Assembly (NCBI GenBank): GCA_964187785.1
Contig: OZ076409.1
Coordinates: 15,440,001 to 15,504,000 of the forward strand
Direction: 5' to 3'
Length of the DNA stretch: 64,000 bases
Source of the DNA: Amphiscolops sp. MND2022
Taxonomy: Eukaryota
Shown: piece after piece, positions 1 through 13,729 of the stretch
How the letters are laid out: every line of letters begins with the position of its first letter
How positions within the stretch are numbered: position 1 is the first letter of the stretch
The notes under the pieces: model-generated
The model's database searches: none
What the model was told of the DNA's origin: nothing
The model's input: only the letters and a program-made list of their open reading frames with translations
Translations under genes and position numbers: made by a program

Positions 1-16
1 CTGGCTTTGTTACCAC

Positions 17-244
17 TCAGGCCTTTGAAAGCTGGTTAAGGCCCAAAGGATCCTGAGGGTCAAACTTGGCTTTCCGCTTCCGTCGATTCCGCTTCTTTGG
101 GGGAGGCGGTTCTTGGGGAGAGGAATAGTCCAACACGGCTAGATTACTATTTTGACTGCGCTTTCGCCTTGCTCTCTTTCGGACTCGAGGATCCTCCAGA
201 GTGTCAGTTGTTGGTTCGAGCGGAATCAATTTCATAGCTAGCAA
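17..244 (-). CDS. Small basic Lys/Arg/Pro-rich ORF or captured terminal exon (copy 1 of 4)
   Basis: 75-aa ORF with RKRARRKR and PPPPKKRNRRKRK clusters; acceptor-like ttttgctag near 239-247 on minus; identical translation at 10575, 13730 and 15818. Confidence 0.35.
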   Translation of the reverse strand: MLAMKLIPLEPTTDTLEDPRVRKRARRKRSQNSNLAVLDYSSPQEPPPPKKRNRRKRKAKFDPQDPLGLNQLSKA

Positions 245-504
245 AATATGTTTTTGAGGTTTTCAACGCGAGACATAATTCATCCACTCTGACATTTCTG
301 GGGCAGCTGCGAGTGATTGGGTATACTTAAACATGTGTAGAGTCAAAAAAACCTATATTCGACTAGATTATTGTAATGCAGTGATTTCTTTTACATCTGC
401 GTACGTAATGTCTGTGCTTATGTAAAGTCGGAAACAATAGACATACGGGCGATGCAAGTTCGTTATGGCGCAGGCGTTTACCACTATCACGGAGCTTGAA
501 TAAA

Positions 505-3500
505 CAACCGATAGCGTAGAGGTTGCGTATCAGACTCTGCTTCCAGTGTTTTCAGTTCGATCCCCTCTATCGATCCTTTTCTTTCAAATATTGTCAGCGT
601 GAAGAGCTTTTCAAAAGCTCTGGGTTATTCTTTTCTCTTAGTGAGTCGCTTACAACCACTGTTTTGCAAGATAACTTGGACTAGAGGTTACGTTGGTCCA
701 CAGGTTCGTTAGAGTGTTGTTTTGGTAGCTTTGGGTTCGATCCCCGTGGTGGACTTGGATGGGCACTTGAGTTGATCAATTTGAAAGTTCTTTCATTATT
801 TGAATACGAATGCTTACTTTGGAAGCGGCAAAATTTCAAGATAGGGATTTTTGGACTCTTTCCAATACCGTTGTCCGTTTTTTGCAGTCTTTTCAACAGT
901 CAAGGGCGTAGTGGTTGCGTGTTAGATTTCCATTCCAATGTCTTGAGTTCGATTCCCTCAATCAAATTTTTCATAAAATTTTTGTCGGCGGAGACAGTAT
1001 TTCAAAACCACTGGATTATTCTTCTCCCTTAATGGTGCGCCTAAAACCACTGTTTTGCAAGATATCGTGGCCTAGGGGTTGTGTTGGTGGTTAGGTTTGG
1101 TTTAGCGTTTTTCTGGTATCTTTGGGTTCGGTTCCCGGGGATGGAATTTGTTCCGCACTTGTATAGATAAAGTGTTATCGCTTACACCCAACTTGGTTGT
1201 TTAATTCGACACAACTACCGAATATAGCATTATGAATTCGTCCAAAATTTGAATTGGAATGCTTACTTTGGAAGCGGCGAAAACTTCAGCATAGGGACTA
1301 TTTGAACGATTTTTCCAATGACGTTGTCGATTTTTTCACATCGTTTCAACAGTCAATAGCTTAGTGGTTGTGTGATAGATTTCCATTCCAATGTCTTGAG
1401 TTCGATTCCCTCGATCAAAATTTTTTCAAAAAATTGTCCGCGTGGACAGTCTTTCAGAAGCACTGGATTATTCCAATCACTTAGTGGTGCGCCTAAAACC
1501 ACTGTTTCGCAAGATATCGTGGCCTAGAGGTTGCGTGATAGACTCACAACCCAATGTCTTGAGTTCGATTCCCGCCATCGATCTTTTTTCAAAAAAATTG
1601 TCAGCGTGAACAGTCTTTTAAAACCAATGGTGTTCTTCTTTTTCCTTAATGGTGCGCTTGCAACTACTGTTCAGCAAGAGATCGTGGCCTAGACGTTGCG
1701 TTGATTGTCAGGTTTGTCCGGGTGTTATTCTGGTAGCTTTGGGTTCAATCCCCGGGATGGACACGGTTCAGCGCTTGAATTGATCGTGTTATGGCTTAAA
1801 CCCAACTTGATTGTTCATTTCGACACATACCGTATATAAGACTCTAAGTTCGTTCATTATTTGAATACGAATGCTGACTTTGGAAGCGGCAAAAATTTCA
1901 ACATAGTGATTTTTGGACTCCTTCCAATAACGTTGTCCATTTTTTCACATCTTTTAAACAGTAAATGGCGTAGTGGTTGCGTAACAGATTGCCATACCAA
2001 TGTCTTGAGTTCGATTCCCTCGATCAAGATTTTTTGAAAAAAATTGTCCGCGTGGACAGTCTTTCAGAAGCACTGGATTATTCCAATCACTTAGTGGTGC
2101 GCCTAAAACCACTGTTTCGCAAGATATCGTGGCCTAGAGGTTGCGTGTTAGACTCACAACCCAATGTCTTGAGTTCGATTCCCGCCATCGATCTTTTTTC
2201 AAAAAAATTGTCAGCGTGAACAGTCTTTTAAAACCAATGGTGTTCTTCTTTTTCCTTAATGGTGCGCTTGCAACTACTGTTCAGCAAGAGATCGCGGCCT
2301 AGAAGTTGCGTTGATTGTCAGGTTTGTCCGGGGGTTATTCTGTTAGCTTTGGGTTCAATCCCCGAGATGGACACGGTTCAGCGCTTGAATTGATCGTGTT
2401 ATGGCTTAAACCCAACTTGATTGTTCAATTCGACACATACCGTATATAAGACTCTAAGTTCGTTCATTATTTGAATACGAATGCTGACTTTGGAAGCGGC
2501 TAAAATTTCAACATAGTGATTTCTGGACTCCTTCCAATAACCTTGTCCATTTTTTCACATCTTTTAAACAGTAAATGGCGTAGTGGTTGCGTAATAGATT
2601 GCCATACCAATGTCTTGAGTTCGATTCCCTCGATCAAGATTTTTTGAAAGAAATTGTCCGCGTGGACAGTCTTTCAGAAGCACTGGATTATTCCATTCAC
2701 TTAGTGGTGCGCCTGAAATCACTGTTTCGCAAGATATCGTGGCCTAGAGGTTGCGTGTTAGACTCTCAACCCAATGTCCTGAGTTCAATTCCCGCCATCG
2801 ATCTTTTTTCAAAAATAATTGTCAGGGTGAACAGTCTTTTAAAAGCATTGGAGTTCTTGATGGTGCGGTGCGCTTGCAACTACAGTTCAGCAAGAGATCG
2901 TGGCCTAGAGGTTGCGTTGGTTTTCAATTTCGTCCGGGAGTTATTCTGGTAGCTTTGGGTTCAATCCCAGGGATTGACATGGTTCAGCACTTGAATTGAT
3001 ATTGATATGGCTTAAACCCAATTTCATTGTTCATTTTGACACATACCGAATATAGCATTATGAATTCGTCCAAAATTTGAATTGGAATGCTTACTTTGGA
3101 AACGGCTAAAACTTCAGCGTAGTAACTATTTGGACGTTCTTTCCAATGACGTTGTACATTTTTGGCACATCGTTTCAACAGTCAATAGTGTAGTGGTTGC
3201 GTGATAGATTTCCATTCCAATGTCTTGAGTTCGATTCCGTCTATCAAGATTTTTTAAAAATTTGTTCGCGTGGACAGTCTTTCAGAACACTGGATTATTC
3301 CATTCACTTAGTGGTGCGCCTAAAACCATTGTTTCGCAAGATATCGTGGCCTAGAGGTTGCGTGTTAGACTCTCAACCCAATGCCTTGAGTTCGATTCCC
3401 GCCATCGATCTTTTTTTAAAAAAAATTGTCAGCGTGAACATAGCTGCAATCAACTGTGGATGGTGCAGAGGTCGTGTACTAGGCTCTCATAACAACGGCT

Positions 3501-4805
3501 TGAGTTCGAAACTCTTTGTCAACTTTTCTTTTGCGAAGAATGCGATTGTGATTCTGCAACATTGTCACCGAAGTTAAACCACGTTTTTTGAAAAGGTCGA
3601 ATAACCACAAAAATATGACAAACCTAATTAACGGAAAAAAGCCGATAACATTTATTGGAAGGCAACATAACTTAACTCAAGGAAGTTTTCGTGGACGCCT
3701 TTTCCAATGGCAATGACCATTTTCTTCCATCTTTCCAAGGTGTCCCACTTTGTGACACTGTCACCGAAAGTGAACCTCACTTCGTAACAACATGAATAAA
3801 AGGAAAAACTCAGTGAAGTTTGCAAGGAACACGGCAAAATTTTCACTGTGAAGGTTTTGAACGCTTTTTTAAATGCTGTTCTCCATTTTTTCACATTTTT
3901 TCACATTGACCACACACTTTGCAATACTGTCACCAAAGTTAAAATACGAATTTGGAAAAAAAAGCTACAACAAAGTGGGAGTTTTGGTGGACGCTTTCTC
4001 TACGGTTGATGTCTATTTGCTTCCAAATGTCCAATTTGACTATTTTTGCAACCCTGCTCCGACAATAACACCTGTTTTGCGTTCACTACCACAACGCTGA
4101 ATTCAACAGTGGTTAATGCAGTGGTCGTGTACTAGGCTCTCATACCAACTGTTCGACTTCAAAACCGTTAGTTGAACCACGTTTTTTGACACAGTCGAAA
4201 AACCACGAAATTAGTCAACGAAAAAAGCAGAAAACTTTCATTGGAAGGCAACATAAAATACAGCATGAAAGTTTTCGTGGAATCCAAAGTCTATGTCTTT
4301 TTTTTCCATTTTTTTCAATTTGACCCTCTTTGCAACACTGTTACACTGCAACACCGAAGTTAAACCTCATTTTGTGGCAAAATAAAATTGACGCATAAGT
4401 CAGTGAAGTTTCCAAACCACGCAGCAAAACGTTTACCGTTGGGGGTTTTTTGAACGCTTTTTCCTATGGTGTTCTCCAATTTTCCACATCTTTTCACATT
4501 GACCCCAACTTGGCAATACGGTCACCAAAGTTAAACCACGTTTTTGACAAAAAGCTACAACTTCGGCAAGATATCGTGGCCAGGAGGTTGTCTTGAGTTC
4601 GATTCCCTCTATCAACTTTGTTTTTCAAAATTCTAATTCTCTCATTCTAATGCTAAGTTAACTATCACATAGCTGCAAGCAACACTCGATGGCACAGAAG
4701 TCATACAAATATGTGTCTCTAATAAGAAGCTCATTTCAACTGTCCATGGTGCAGAGGTCGGGAACTGGGCAGCCACTCCAGTGGTCCTGAGTTCGAACCA
4801 CTCTT
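505..4805 (+). repeat. Array of degenerate tRNA-like Pol III cassettes (~610-bp unit with 3 cassettes), followed by 5S-spacer-like repeats
   Basis: Recurrent TGGCGTAGTGG/TGGCCTAGAGG (A box) and GAGTTCGATTCC/GGGTTCGATCCCC (B box), often followed by T-runs. Period 610 bp (ORFs at 1977, 2587, 3197). Acceptor and T stems do not pair. Confidence 0.85.
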
Positions 4806-5775
4806 TCAACTTTTTTTGTGCTGCAACTTTTTGAAGCCGCCTTGAGAGATTTTCATACACAGATTTTTTCCAATGTGATCAAGTTTTTTTGTCTGATAAT
4901 AAATTCTTTTAACGTTTTTGGCTTATACAATAGACGTCTTCAATTTGCGTCCACATTAACCCAATATCATCTGTCTTCGAATGTAAAAACGCAATCTTCA
5001 CTTTATTCTAAACACCTAGCCCTTCATTGTTTTCCGACTACTGGTATCAAAATGTAACTACTGCAGACACAGCTCTCACTTCGCAACAATGAAAACGTTG
5101 GTAACATTATTCGATCTTGCGACCTGTGCCATTATGCACGTCTACATAGATCATAATGTTACCCAATGCGCTAGCCTAACAAACTTCGATCCACTTCGTT
5201 GAGCCGTGGCCCCGCTGTCGGATCAGTCTGTGAAGCTAAGGGTGATCTGGATTTGATCCCAACGTTTGAGCCATAGCCCCGTTGTGGAACATTCAGTGAG
5301 ACTCCCGCTTTTTGCCGTTTTTATATCAATCAAGGCGTTACACCGTTTACGTTGGAGTAAAAACTAATTGAAACCAATTCTGATAGCTCTAATCAACTTT
5401 ATCCAATTCAACTCTATCCAATTGGCGAAGTAAAAGCCCGCTTAGGTCTTTTTCAAGACTGGTTGACAGCTGTGAGCCCAGTGGGTGTTCTGGAACCTAT
5501 GTAGCATAAGTTAGTCGCAAAACAGGCCATCGGTAGTCCCGGCTAGAGTTTGCCTGATAGTGATCTGGGCCCCACGCTCTGACCCTAACGCGATGGAGTG
5601 AATTGTATGGATGAAATAACTTTCGAGCTAAGTTACTGAAGTCGCCCTTGAGTAAAAGTAATTTTGAACATTTCGATTGACCAAGTTTTCTTTAATTTTT
5701 CCCAGTCTAACAATACTTCAACCTACTATCAATTCTTTGTGAGTTTATTTTCCTTACATTTCAGACTCTCCAGTC

Positions 5776-6482
5776 ATGGAGCAAACTTCGTTTACAACTC
5801 TGATTGGTTCTGCAAGTGGTAAGCAGCTAACATCTATACTTTTACTCTCTACAAATTCCTCTATAGAAAACTCAGTTTGTTCAGATCTTATCAACGATAT
5901 AAAGAATATGGGGAAAAGATATTTGCACGAGCAAAAAGAAAATCAAAATTTAATGGCAAGTAAGTAAACATTTGTTTTTCCAAAAAATTGTACCATTTTC
6001 GAAACTTTCCATTCCATGCTTACTTTTTCAGAATATTCAAAACTGGAACAACAAAACGAAGGTGAGCCTATGTTTGGATTTATATCAACCAATATCAAAC
6101 GTCTAAAATCTATCAAAACGGTTTTAGAGCTGAAGAAGGAGCTGAAAGTAACACGCCTCAAGCTCGCTGCAGAAAAATCGCGCACGTTCAAATTGAAGAA
6201 AGGTTCACTATGGTTTTGAATACCCAATATTTGAATGAAATAAATGACATGACTCACATGAAATTTGTTTAGATTCTGAAACCTTAGCGACAGCCCGAAC
6301 ACGTTAGTCATATAATTGTTTTTCAAAAAATCAAATTTTTGGAACATTTTGCTATGCTCTGTAGGTTCCTTTGTTTCGTGAAACACATCTTCCATAATAA
6401 AAATTAATGATGTCTTATTGTTTCAGTTTGCCTGCAAATGGAGTACAGACACTTCAAAAGACGACATTCAGCTTCGTTTTAA
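5776..6482 (+). CDS. Putative spliced accessory gene, unknown product (copy of 21577-22283)
   Basis: Duplicate of the exon set at 21577 onward (offset 15801). Confidence 0.35.
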
Positions 6483-7082
6483 GATTGACATTTTGCTATA
6501 CATTATTGAAAAAATCTCTTCAATGTGTTTTTTCCTTCGATGTAAAAAAAGGATAGTCAGTTTACAGCTGGATTATGAATAACGCGAGGTTTCCTTTTTT
6601 TCGCATCCGTGAGGTAGAATACTTTCCATCAGTTAATCATAGCATTCTGCAGAGTCTGTAAAACGCAGTCAAAGTTTCAATTTTTCATACGCCTTATCTG
6701 CGTTTTGGTATTCAGGCATCTTAATGTATCAAAAAAGGTCGAGTCATTAAGACGGTGTTCGGTAATACGGAAATACTTTTCACAACTTGTCACTCTTTTT
6801 GTTTTTACAGCTTCTTATCTTTTTCAGAGAAAGTGGCTCTTCCATTAACTCTACAATGAATGCTGAACAAAATGCTGAAACGGTAAGAGGACATCTGTTT
6901 CTTTGATCTCATTATACATATATAAAGGGAGACCGGACAAATTCGCTGATTGGTTGAGATACGCTCGGTGATACGCGCTGCTGCAAAACAGTTCAAAAGA
7001 AGATTCCGAGGTACGCTGTAAGAAAATATGTTGCTGACTTTCGAAATAGACGACGTTTCAGATTATCCAGCTCTAATCAACA

Positions 7083-10000
7083 GTGGATAGCGTAGAGGTT
7101 GCGTGTTAGACTCTCAACCCAATGTCTTGAGTTCGATTCCCGCCATCGATCGTTTTTCAAAAAAATTGTCAGCGTGAACAGTCTTTTAAAAGCATTCGTG
7201 TTCTTCTTTTCCCCTAATGGTGCGCTTGCAACTACTGTTCAGCAAGATAACGTGGCCTAGAGGTTGCGTTGGTTGTCAGGTTCGTTCGGGTGTTATTCTG
7301 GTAGCTTTGGGTTCGATCCCCGGGATGGACATGGTTTATAACTTGAATTGATGAATTGATAGTGTTATGGTTTAAAGCCAACTTGATTGTTCATTTCGAC
7401 ACAAACCGTATATAGGACTCTAAGTTCGTTAGAAATTTGAATAAAATTGCATACTTTGGAAGCGGCAAATTTTTCAATTTAGGGATATTTGGAATCTTTC
7501 TAATAACGTTGTCCATTTTTTCACCTTTTCAACAGTCAATGGCGTAGTGGTTGCGTGTTAGATTTCCATTCCAATGTCTTGAGTTCGATTCCCTCGATCA
7601 AGATTTTTTTAAAATTTCTCCGCGTGGACAGTCTTTCAGAAGCACTGGATTATTCCACTCACTTAGTGGTTTGCCTAAAACCACTGTTTCGCAAGATATC
7701 GTGGCCTAGAGGTTGCGTGTTAGACTCTCAACCCAATGTCTTGAGTTCGATTCCCGCCATCGATCTTTTTACAAAGAAAATTGTCAACGTGAACAGTCTT
7801 TTAAAAGCTTTGGTGTTCTTCTTTTTCCTTAATGGTGCGCTTGCAACTACTGTTCAGCAAGAGATCGTAGCCTAGAGGTTGCGTTGGTGTCAGGTTCGTT
7901 CGGGTGTTATTCTGGTAGCTTTGGATTCGATCCCCGGGTTGGACATGGTTTATAACTTGAAATGATAGTGTTATGGCTTAAACCCATCTTGATTGTTCAT
8001 TTCGACACATGCCGCGTATGGGACTCTAAGTTCGTTAAAAATTTGAATAAAATTGCTTACTTTGAAGCGGCAATTTTTTCAACTTATGGATTTTTGGATT
8101 CTTTCCAATAACGTTGTCCATTTTTTCACATCTTTTCAACAGTCAATGGCGTAGTGGTTGCGTGTTAGATTTCCATTCCAATGTCTTGAGTTCGATTCCC
8201 TCGATCAAGATTTTTTTTAAACATTTCTCCGCGTGGAAAGTCTTTCAGAAGCAATGGATTGTTCCACTCACTTAGTGGTGCGCCTAAAACCACTGTTTCG
8301 CAATATATCGTGGCCTAGAGGTTGCGTGTTAGACTCTCAACCCCATGTCTTGAGTTCGATTCCCGCCATCGATCTTTTTTCAAAAAAAATTGTCAGCGTG
8401 AACAGTCTTTTAAAAGCTTTGGTTTTCTTCTTTTTCCTTAATGGTGCGCTTGCAACTACTGTTCAGCAAGAGATCGTAGCCTAGAGGTTGCGTTGGTGTC
8501 AGGTTCGTTCGGGTGTTATTCTGGTAGCTTTGGGTTCGATCCCCGGGTTGGACATGGTTTATAACTTGAAATGATAGTGTTATGGCTTAAACACATCTTG
8601 ATTGTTCATTTCGACACATGCCGCGTATAGGACTTTCAGTTCGTTAAAAATTTGAATAAAATTGCTTACTTTGGAAGCGGCAAGTTTTTCAACTTAGGGA
8701 TTCTTGGATTCTTTCCAATAACGTTGTCCATTTTTTCACATCTTTTCAACAGTCAATGGCGTAGTGGTTGCGTGTTAGATTTCCATTCCAATGTCTTGAG
8801 TTCGATTCCCTCGATCAAGATTTTTTTTAAACATTTCTCCGCGTGGACAGTCTTTCAGAAGCAATGGATTGTTCCACTCACTTAGTGGTGCGCCTAAAAC
8901 CACTGTTTCGCGAGATATCGTGGCCTAGAGGTTGCGTGTTAGACTCTCAACCCAATGTCTTGAGTTCGATTCCCGCCATCGATCTTTTTTCAAAAATATT
9001 TGTCAGCGTGAACAGTCTTTTGAAAGCTTTGGTGTTCTTCTTTTTCCTTAATGGTGCGGTGCGCTTGCAACTACTGTTCAGCAAGAGATGGTGGCCTAGA
9101 GGTTGCGTTGGTTGTCAGGTTTGTCCGGGAGTTATTCTGGTAGCTTTGGGTTCAATCCCGGGATTGACATGGTTCAGCAGTTGAATTGATAGTGATATGG
9201 CTTTAACCCAATTTGATTGCTCATTTTTACACATACCGAATATAGCATTATGAATTCTTCCAAAATTTGAAATGGAATGCTTACTTTGGAAACGGCTAAA
9301 ACTTCAGCATAGTGACTATTTGGACATTCTTTCCAATGACGTTGTCCATTTTTACATCGTTTCAACAGTCAAAAGCGTAGTGGTTGCGTAATAGATTTCC
9401 TTTCCAATGTCTTGAGTTCGATTCCCTCGATCAAGAATTTTTAAAAAATTTGTCCGCGTGGACAGTCTTTCAGAAGCACTGGATTATTCCATTCACTTAG
9501 TGGTGCGCCTAAAGCCACTGTTTCGCAAGATATCGTGGCCTAGAGGTTGCGTGTTAGACTCTCAACCCAATGTCTTGAGTTCGATTCCCGCCATCGATCT
9601 TTTTTTTGAAAAAATTGTCAGCGTGAACAGTCTTTCAAAAGCATTGGTGTTCTTCTTTTTCCTTAATGGTGCAGTGCGCTTGCAACTACTGTTCAGCAAG
9701 AGATCGTGGGATAGAGGTTGCTTGAGTTCAAATCCCTTAGTCAACTTTTATTTTACGAAGAGAGTGATTGTGGTTCAACAACATTGGCACCGAAGTTAAA
9801 CCACGTTTTTTGACAAAATCGAAAAACCTCAAAATTATAACAACATTAGTTAACGACAAATGCAGATAACAATCTTTGGAGGGCAACATGAATTACATCA
9901 TGGTTTTCGCGGACGCCTTTTCTATAGGCTATGTCTATTTTTTCCATCTTTTCACTTTGATCTACTTTGCAACAGTGTCACCGAAGTTAAAACTCACTTT

Positions 10001-10460
10001 GTTACAAAAAGAATATAAGGAATAACTCAGTGAAGTTCCCAAAGAACGCGGCAAAACTTTCTTCGTGAGGGTTTTTCTTACGCTTTTTCCAGTGGTGCTC
10101 TCCAATTTTTCACATCTTTTCAATTTAAAACACTTTGCAAAACTTTCACCAAAGTTAAACCACGTTTCTTGACAAAAAAAGCTACAACAGCGTAGGAGTT
10201 TCCGTGGACGCTCTCTCCAAAGTTGTAGTCTATTTTTTTCCGTCTTTTTAACTTGACTAACTTTCGAAGTAAGTTGAAACCTGTTTGTGTTCACTATCAT
10301 ATTTTATTAATTTGAAATCAAGGGTCAATGGTGCAGAGGTTGTGTACTAGGCTCTCATAACAATCGCTTGAGTTCGAAACCCTCAATCAACTTTTTTTTT
10401 CGGAGAATGCGATCGTGATTCTGGAACATTGTCTGCGAAGTTAAACCACGTTTTTTGATA
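7083..10460 (+). repeat. tRNA-like Pol III cassette array (610-bp units) plus 5S-spacer-like block
   Basis: Same A/B-box cassettes; period ~610-615 bp (ORFs at 8233, 8843, 9458); tcaccgaagttaaaccac-type subrepeats at ~9790-10450. Confidence 0.85.
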
Positions 10461-10574
10461 AAGTCGATAAAGTCCACGAATTCAAGTGCAGACTTCATTG
10501 TTTAATGCAATTTTTTGTTACTTAGATAAAGTTTCAGAATTGGGCGCCAGCCCGAAGGCTGGCTTTGTTACCAC

Positions 10575-10802
10575 TCAGGCCTTTGAAAGCTGGTTAAGGC
10601 CCAAAGGATCCTGAGGGTCAAACTTGGCTTTCCGCTTCCGTCGATTCCGCTTCTTTGGGGGAGGCGGTTCTTGGGGAGAGGAATAGTCCAACACGGCTAG
10701 ATTACTATTTTGACTGCGCTTTCGCCTTGCTCTCTTTCGGACTCGAGGATCCTCCAGAGTGTCAGTTGTTGGTTCGAGCGGAATCAATTTCATAGCTAGC
10801 AA
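10575..10802 (-). CDS. Small basic ORF/exon (copy 2)
   Basis: Translation identical to 17-244. Confidence 0.35.
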   Translation of the reverse strand: MLAMKLIPLEPTTDTLEDPRVRKRARRKRSQNSNLAVLDYSSPQEPPPPKKRNRRKRKAKFDPQDPLGLNQLSKA

Positions 10803-13729
10803 AATATGTTTTTGAGGTTTTCAACGCGAGACTTAATTCATCCTTTCTGACATTTCTGGGGCAGCTGCGAGTGATTGGGTATACTTAAACATGTGTAGAG
10901 TCAAAAAAACCTATATTCGACTAGATTATTGTAATGCAGTGATTTCTTTTACATCTGCGTACGTAATGTCTGTGCTTATGTAAAGTCGGAAACAATAGAC
11001 ATACGGGCGATGCAAGTTCGTCATGGCGCAGGCGTTTACCACTATCACGGAGCTTGAATAAACAACCGATAGCGTAGAGGTTGCGTATCAGACTCTGCTT
11101 CCAGTGTTTTCAGTTCGATCCCCTCTATCGCTCCTTTTCTTTCAAATATTGTCAGCGTGAAGAGCCTTCCAAAAGCTCTGGGTTATTCTTTTCTCTTAGT
11201 GGGTCGCTTGCAACGACTGTTTTGCAAGATAACGTGGACTAGAGGTTACGTTGGTCCACAGGTTCGTTAGAGTGTTGTTTTGGTAGCTTTGGGTTCGATC
11301 TCCGTGGTGGACTTGGATGGGCACTTGAGTTGATCAATTTAAAAGTTCTTTCATTATTTGAATACGAATGCTTACTTTGGAAGCGGCAAAATATCAAGAT
11401 AGGGATTTTTGGACTCTTTCCAATACCGTTGTCCATTTTTGCAGTCTTTTCAACAGTCAATGGCGTAGTGGTTGCGTGTTAGATTTCAATTCCAATGTCT
11501 TGAGTTCGATTCCCTCAATCAAATTTTTTATAAAAATTTTGTCGGCGGAGACAGTATTTCAAAACCACTGGATTATTCTTCTCCCTTAATGGTGCGCTTA
11601 AAACCACTGTTTTGCAAGATATCGTGGCCTAGGGGTTGTGTTGGTGGTTAGGTTTGGTTTAGCGTTGTTCTGGTATCTTTGGGTTCGGTCCCCGGGGATG
11701 GAATTTGTTCCGCACTTGAATAGATAGAGTGTTATCGCTTACACCCAACTTGGTTGTTTAATTCGACACAACTACCGAATATAGCATTATGAATTCGTCC
11801 AAATTTGAATTGGAATGCTTACTTTGGAAGCGGCGAAAACTTCAGCATAGGGACTATTTGAACGTTTTTTCCAATGACGTTGACGATGTTTTCACATCGT
11901 TTCAACAGTCAATAGCGTAGTGGTTGTGTGATAGATTTCCATTCCAATGTCTTGAGTTCGATTCCTTCGATCAAAATTTTTTTCAAAAAATTGTCCGCGT
12001 GGACAGTCTTTCGGAAGCACTGGATTATTCCAATCACTTAGTGGTGAGCCTAAAACCACTGTTTCGCAAGATATCGTGGCCTAGAAGTTGCGTGTTAGAC
12101 TCACAACCCAATGTATTGAGTTCGATTCCCCCCATGGATTTTTTTTAAAAATATTTGTCAGCGTGAACAGTCTTTTGAAAGCTTTGGTGTTCTTCTTTTT
12201 CCTTAATGGTGCGATGCGCTTGCAACTACTGTTCAGCAAGAGATCGTGGTCTAGAGGTTGCGTTGGTTGTCAGGTTCGTCCGGGAGTTATTCTTGTAGCT
12301 TTGGGTTCAATCCCGGGATTGACATGGTTCAGCAGTTGAATTGATAGTGATATGGCTTAAACCCAATTTGATTGTTCATTTTTACACATACCGAATATAG
12401 CATTATGAATTCGTCCAAAATTTGAAATGGAATGCTTACTTTGGAAACGGCTAAAACTTCAGCATAGTGATTATTTGGATGTTCTTTCCAATGACGTTGT
12501 CCATTTTTACATCGTTTCAAAAGTCCATAGCGTAGTGGTTGCGTAATAGATTTCCATTCCAATGTCTTGAGTTCGATTCCCTCGATCAAGGTTTTTTAAA
12601 AAATTTGTCCGCGTGGACAGTCTTTCAGAAGCACTGGATTATTCCATTCACTTAGTGGTGCGCCTAAAACCACTGTTTCGCAAGATATCGTGGCCTAGAG
12701 GTTGCGTGTTAGACTCTCAACCCAATGTCTTGAGTTCGATTCCCGCCATCGATCTTTTTTTTAAAAAAATTGTCAGCGTGAACAGTCTTTCAAAAGCATT
12801 GGTGTTCATCTTTTTCCTTAATGGTGCGGTGCGCTTGCAACTACTGTTCAGCAAGAGATCGTGGGATAGAGGTTGCCTGAGTTCAAATCCCTTAGTCAAC
12901 TTTTATTTTACGAAGAGAGTGATTGTGGTTCAACAACATTGGCACCGAAGTTAAACCACGTTTTTTGACAAAATCGAAAAACCTCAAAATTATAACAACA
13001 TTAGTTAACGACAAATGCAGATAACAATCTTTGGAGGGCAACATGAATTACATCATGGTTTTCGCGGACGCCTTTTCTATAGGCTATGTCTATTTTTTCC
13101 ATCTTTTCACTTTGATCTACTTTGCAACAGTGTCACCGAAGTTAAAACTCACTTTGTTACAAAAAGAATATAAGGAATAACTCAGTGAAGTTCCCAAAGA
13201 ACGCGGCAAAACTTTCTTCGTGAGGGTTTTTCTTACGCTTTTTCCAGTGGTGCTCTCCAATTTTTCACATCTTTTCAATTTAAAACACTTTGCAAAACTT
13301 TCACCAAAGTTAAACCACGTTTCTTGACAAAAAAAGCTACAACAGCGTAGGAGTTTCCGTGGACGCTCTCTCCAAAGTTGTAGTCTATTTTTTTCCGTCT
13401 TTTTAACTTGACTAACTTTCGAAGTAAGTTGAAACCTGTTTGTGTTCACTATCATATTTTATTAATTTGAAATCAAGGGTCAATGGTGCAGAGGTTGTGT
13501 ACTAGGCTCTCATAACAATCGCTTGAGTTCGAAACCCTCAATCAACTTTTTTTTTCGGAGAATGCGATCGTGATTCTGGAACATTGTCTGCGAAGTTAAA
13601 CCACGTTTTTTGATAAAGTCGATAAAGTCCACGAATTCAAGTGCAGACTTCATTGTTTAATGCAATTTTTTGTTACTTAGATAAAGTTTCAGAATTGGGC
13701 GCCAGCCCGAAGGCTGGCTTTGTTACCAC

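Larger units (their letters stand above)
1..6915 (+). mobile_element. Truncated copy of the Helitron (near-identical to 15802-22715); its 5' part lies outside the window
   Basis: ORF pairs recur at offset 15801 (17/15818, 1977/17778, 5776/21577). Identity stops after ctttgatctcattat (6915 vs 22715), inside intron 1 of the RepHel gene, so this copy lacks Rep/helicase and the 3' end. Confidence 0.85.

Noticed and set aside
11455..11525. TCA-anticodon (suppressor or Sec) tRNA
   Set aside because: Single-base variant of the TCC cassette with the same broken stems and no Sec-type long arm.
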